Of a stretch of DNA of 64,000 nucleotides, positions 62,125 through 64,000 are shown one piece after another (the first letter of the stretch is position 1; each line of letters starts with the position of its first letter). Where the stretch lies: assembly GCA_019057865.1 (NCBI GenBank), contig JAHLWP010000018.1, positions 1 through 64,000 on the forward strand, given 5' to 3'. Source of the DNA: Promethearchaeota archaeon (lineage in GTDB: Archaea; Asgardarchaeota; Lokiarchaeia; Sigyniarchaeales; SOKP01). A model generated the notes under the pieces. That model was given only the letters and a program-made list of their open reading frames with translations. It had not been told where the DNA came from and did no database searches. The position numbers and the translations under genes are program-made.

Positions 62125-62310
62125 CCAAGTCTAATTAATCTTGAAGAATTAGAAATCTCAGTCCATAATATACAAAGATTGCCGTTGTTCATAAAAAATC
62201 TTAAAAACCTTAAAATCTTGAGAGTTTACTCTTCAGAGAATCTGAAGAATAAAGAAAGACCAAAATGGTTAAAGGAGATGCCTAACTTAGTAAAAATTCA
62301 ATTTTATTAA
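62125..62310 (+). pseudogene. orphan 3' fragment of an LRR gene
   Basis: PSLINLEELEISVHNIQRLPLFIKNLKNLKILRVY…PKWLKEMPNLVKIQFY*; no 5' part. Confidence 0.6.
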
Positions 62311-62358
62311 CCATTAACAAGACTGAAATTATTTTAAAAGTTATAATGATACAAGTAT

Positions 62359-62455
62359 AAAAAGAAAAGAAAAATAAAAAACTTGTTTAAAAAAATGGAT
62401 TTTTGAATTGTACTTAGGAGATTGCCCTGTTAGAAACATCGGTGGATTACCTGCG
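62359..62455 (-). repeat. orphan actin 3' end (QVIHRCF*, 62430-62453) with its 3' UTR; copy of 63849-63944
   Basis: Shared blocks aaaagaaaagaaaaataaaaaac and aaaaaaatggatttttga, plus synonymously recoded terminal codons. Confidence 0.85.
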
Positions 62456-62467
62456 TAATCCTCTAAA

Positions 62468-62569
62468 CTTAATACATCAGTAAAGAAATCAGAAATGCTA
62501 GCTAAAATTATAAGCTTTGGGAAAAGAAAATTTGAGAGATACAATAAAGCATTAAAAAAAAGGAAATAG
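62468..62569 (+). pseudogene. orphan 3' end of an frhB-family gene (copy of 49146-49244)
   Basis: LNTSVKKSEMLAKIISFGKRKFERYNKALKKRK* vs resident LNTSVKKSEMLAKVISFGKRKFQRYKEALKER*; 27/32 aa identical. Confidence 0.9.
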
Positions 62570-62794
62570 GTAAAATTATTTATTTTTTTATTTCTTCTTT
62601 TATTTCGTAAGATTCTGCTAGATGTGGTATTAATAATAAACAACAAGCTAAAAATAACTATAAATCTTTAATGCTTCTCGTCTAGCCGATCCCTTCAGGT
62701 AAGTCTGACTCTGATGTGCGAAATTATATCGATTTCATGGCAATGGATTATTACTTCTCCCAATATCCAAGATTAGTAGTTTTCTTTTTTTGGA

Positions 62795-62947
62795 TTATAT
62801 TTTATTTATTTTTAAGAATTGGCTTTTTTTACGATTTCTTTGTTGTTTAATTTTATTAATAGATTTTATTGATTTGAGAAAAAGCATTCGAATTTCGGCT
62901 TTTTTGACATGGTAAAGACGATATTTATCATCAATTTTTTGACTCAT
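62795..62947 (-). CDS. possible 50-aa basic protein
   Basis: MSQKIDDKYRLYHVKKAEIRMLFLKSIKSINKIKQQRNRKKSQFLKINKI*; ORF evidence only. Confidence 0.3.
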   Translation of the reverse strand: MSQKIDDKYRLYHVKKAEIRMLFLKSIKSINKIKQQRNRKKSQFLKINKI

Positions 62948-63023
62948 TTAAGAAAAAATAATCATGAGAAAAAAGAATAAAAAAATAAATGAAAAAATAA
63001 AAAACTTGAAGAGGTTTACCTCT

Positions 63024-63086
63024 TTAGAAACATCGGTGTATTACTTGTGGACCCATTTCTTTGTATTCTCGCCTCGTGACCCACAT
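63024..63086 (-). pseudogene. orphan actin 3' end, or 20-aa ORF MWVTRREYKEMGPQVIHRCF
   Basis: Peptide identical to 63919-63981 with 11 synonymous third-position changes; followed by a hairpin (63009-63024) and a T-rich tract. Confidence 0.88.
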
Positions 63087-63309
63087 ACGATATAATACAA
63101 TCTAATACAATCTGAAATATGAGATAGAATTTATTGTTTTTTGTTGATATCTATTGAATTTTAACATAAATTGAATTAATGAGATAATAATTTTCATTCA
63201 ATTCTATTTTTATTCAAGATTTTAAGAATAAAAAAGGAAAATAAAAAAAATTAAATAAAGAGATAAAAGTAGAATCTAAAAATATATTAATTTATGGTTT
63301 TTTCATTAT

Positions 63310-63651
63310 TTATTTTGCAATATATTCGTCTGGATCGCCACCATCTTCGAGATGTTCAATGAAATTTTTCAATCCATTTAAAATAGTTGTAAGAGAACGC
63401 TTTTTTATTTTTTCATGCTTTAAAATTTTATAATCAACCCAATACGATAATTCTGTCATGTCGCCTTTCTCTTTTAATATATAGCCATATCCATTAAAAT
63501 CAGGGTGGTTTACTTTCAATGAAAGACTTTCATTTTCTATTCGATCTGTAATAGTGATATTCAATTTAGAAGCGAGAGTTATGTTTTCTAAAACCTCCCA
63601 AATTTTTTTTGGAGGAGCTCTAATTTCGATATTTGATTCAAACTTAGGCAT
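63310..63651 (-). CDS. SRPBCC/START-like protein, short and possibly internally deleted
   Basis: ESNIEIRAPPKKIWEVL start, LNGLKNFIE terminal helix. Confidence 0.7.
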   Translation of the reverse strand: MPKFESNIEIRAPPKKIWEVLENITLASKLNITITDRIENESLSLKVNHPDFNGYGYILKEKGDMTELSYWVDYKILKHEKIKKRSLTTILNGLKNFIEHLEDGGDPDEYIAK

Positions 63652-63918
63652 AAAATCACTTCATAAATTTTTGAACTATCTTAAGTCATTTTGATTTTTA
63701 TACTTTTGCTCCAAATTTAAAAATTCATATAAAAATAGCTTTAAAAATGATGCCTATAAGGAGCTTGGAAAGAAAATCTATCTCTTTACTTATAGTAATT
63801 TTTATTGTTCAGATACTAAAATTAAGAATTAAGATTTGAAGTCTTGAAAAAAAGAAAAGAAAAATAAAAAACGGGTTAAAAAAATGGATTTTTGATTTAC
63901 GTTGAGGAGATTTCCCCA

Positions 63919-64000
63919 TTAGAAGCATCGGTGAATTACTTGCGGTCCCATCTCCTTATATTCGCGTCTGGTTACCCACATGCGATGGAAAGTTTTAAGT
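63919..64000 (-). CDS. actin homolog (Lokiactin-type), 3' end only; continues beyond the window
   Basis: LKTFHRMWVTRREYKEMGPQVIHRCF* aligns with the eukaryotic actin C-terminus [27 protein letters not shown]. Confidence 0.85.
   Translation of the reverse strand, partial: LKTFHRMWVTRREYKEMGPQVIHRCF

Noticed and set aside
61998-62192. 64-aa minus-strand ORF as an intact gene
   Set aside because: Its 5' third is antisense to the LRR fragment, so it is more likely a chimera of remnants.
62341-62646. 101-aa minus-strand ORF in the track
   Set aside because: Shadow ORF running across the frhB tail, the actin tail (in another frame) and the UTR.
62359-63944. CRISPR array or IS terminal repeats
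   Set aside because: The repeats are irregularly spaced, codon-degenerate gene tails; no cas or transposase gene is present.
1-64000. tRNA/rRNA genes
   Set aside because: No GC-rich structured segment or cloverleaf was seen in the intergenic regions; a covariance-model scan would be needed to exclude small ncRNAs.

Overview
AT-rich archaeal chromosomal DNA, most consistent with an Asgard archaeon (Lokiarchaeia-like). Evidence: archaeal core genes (EF-1beta with its Zn-ribbon neighbour, Lsm, RIO2, Lrp), GGTGA Shine-Dalgarno sites, a Rab-like GTPase, an LRR protein and the 3' end of an actin gene at the right edge. 1-36 kb holds mixed housekeeping and accessory genes: a Clp1-like kinase, a circularly permuted ATP-grasp + M14 peptidase pair, a DNA methyltransferase, a PPP phosphatase, a por-type operon split by two PAS histidine kinases, and mutS/mutL. 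36.5-61.9 kb holds two tandem Hdr clusters with seven HdrA-type ORFs, four MvhD, HdrBC, an HdrD-like protein, Flx/Asr-like subunits and FrhB. The main unannotated signal is at 62-64 kb. The actin C-terminus (…MWVTRREYKEMGPQVIHRCF*) occurs three times, and the two orphan copies differ only at synonymous sites. One of them is fused back-to-back to an orphan, recoded 3' end of the frhB gene that lies 13 kb upstream. This suggests that the frhB-actin interval is an insertion hotspot where incoming DNA replaces the 3' ends of the flanking genes; alternatively one copy encodes an actin-tail micropeptide. Three genes appear to start at ATA 6 nt after GGTGA. No rRNA, tRNA, CRISPR, integrase or transposase was recognised. 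All family calls come from reading motifs by eye, not from database searches.
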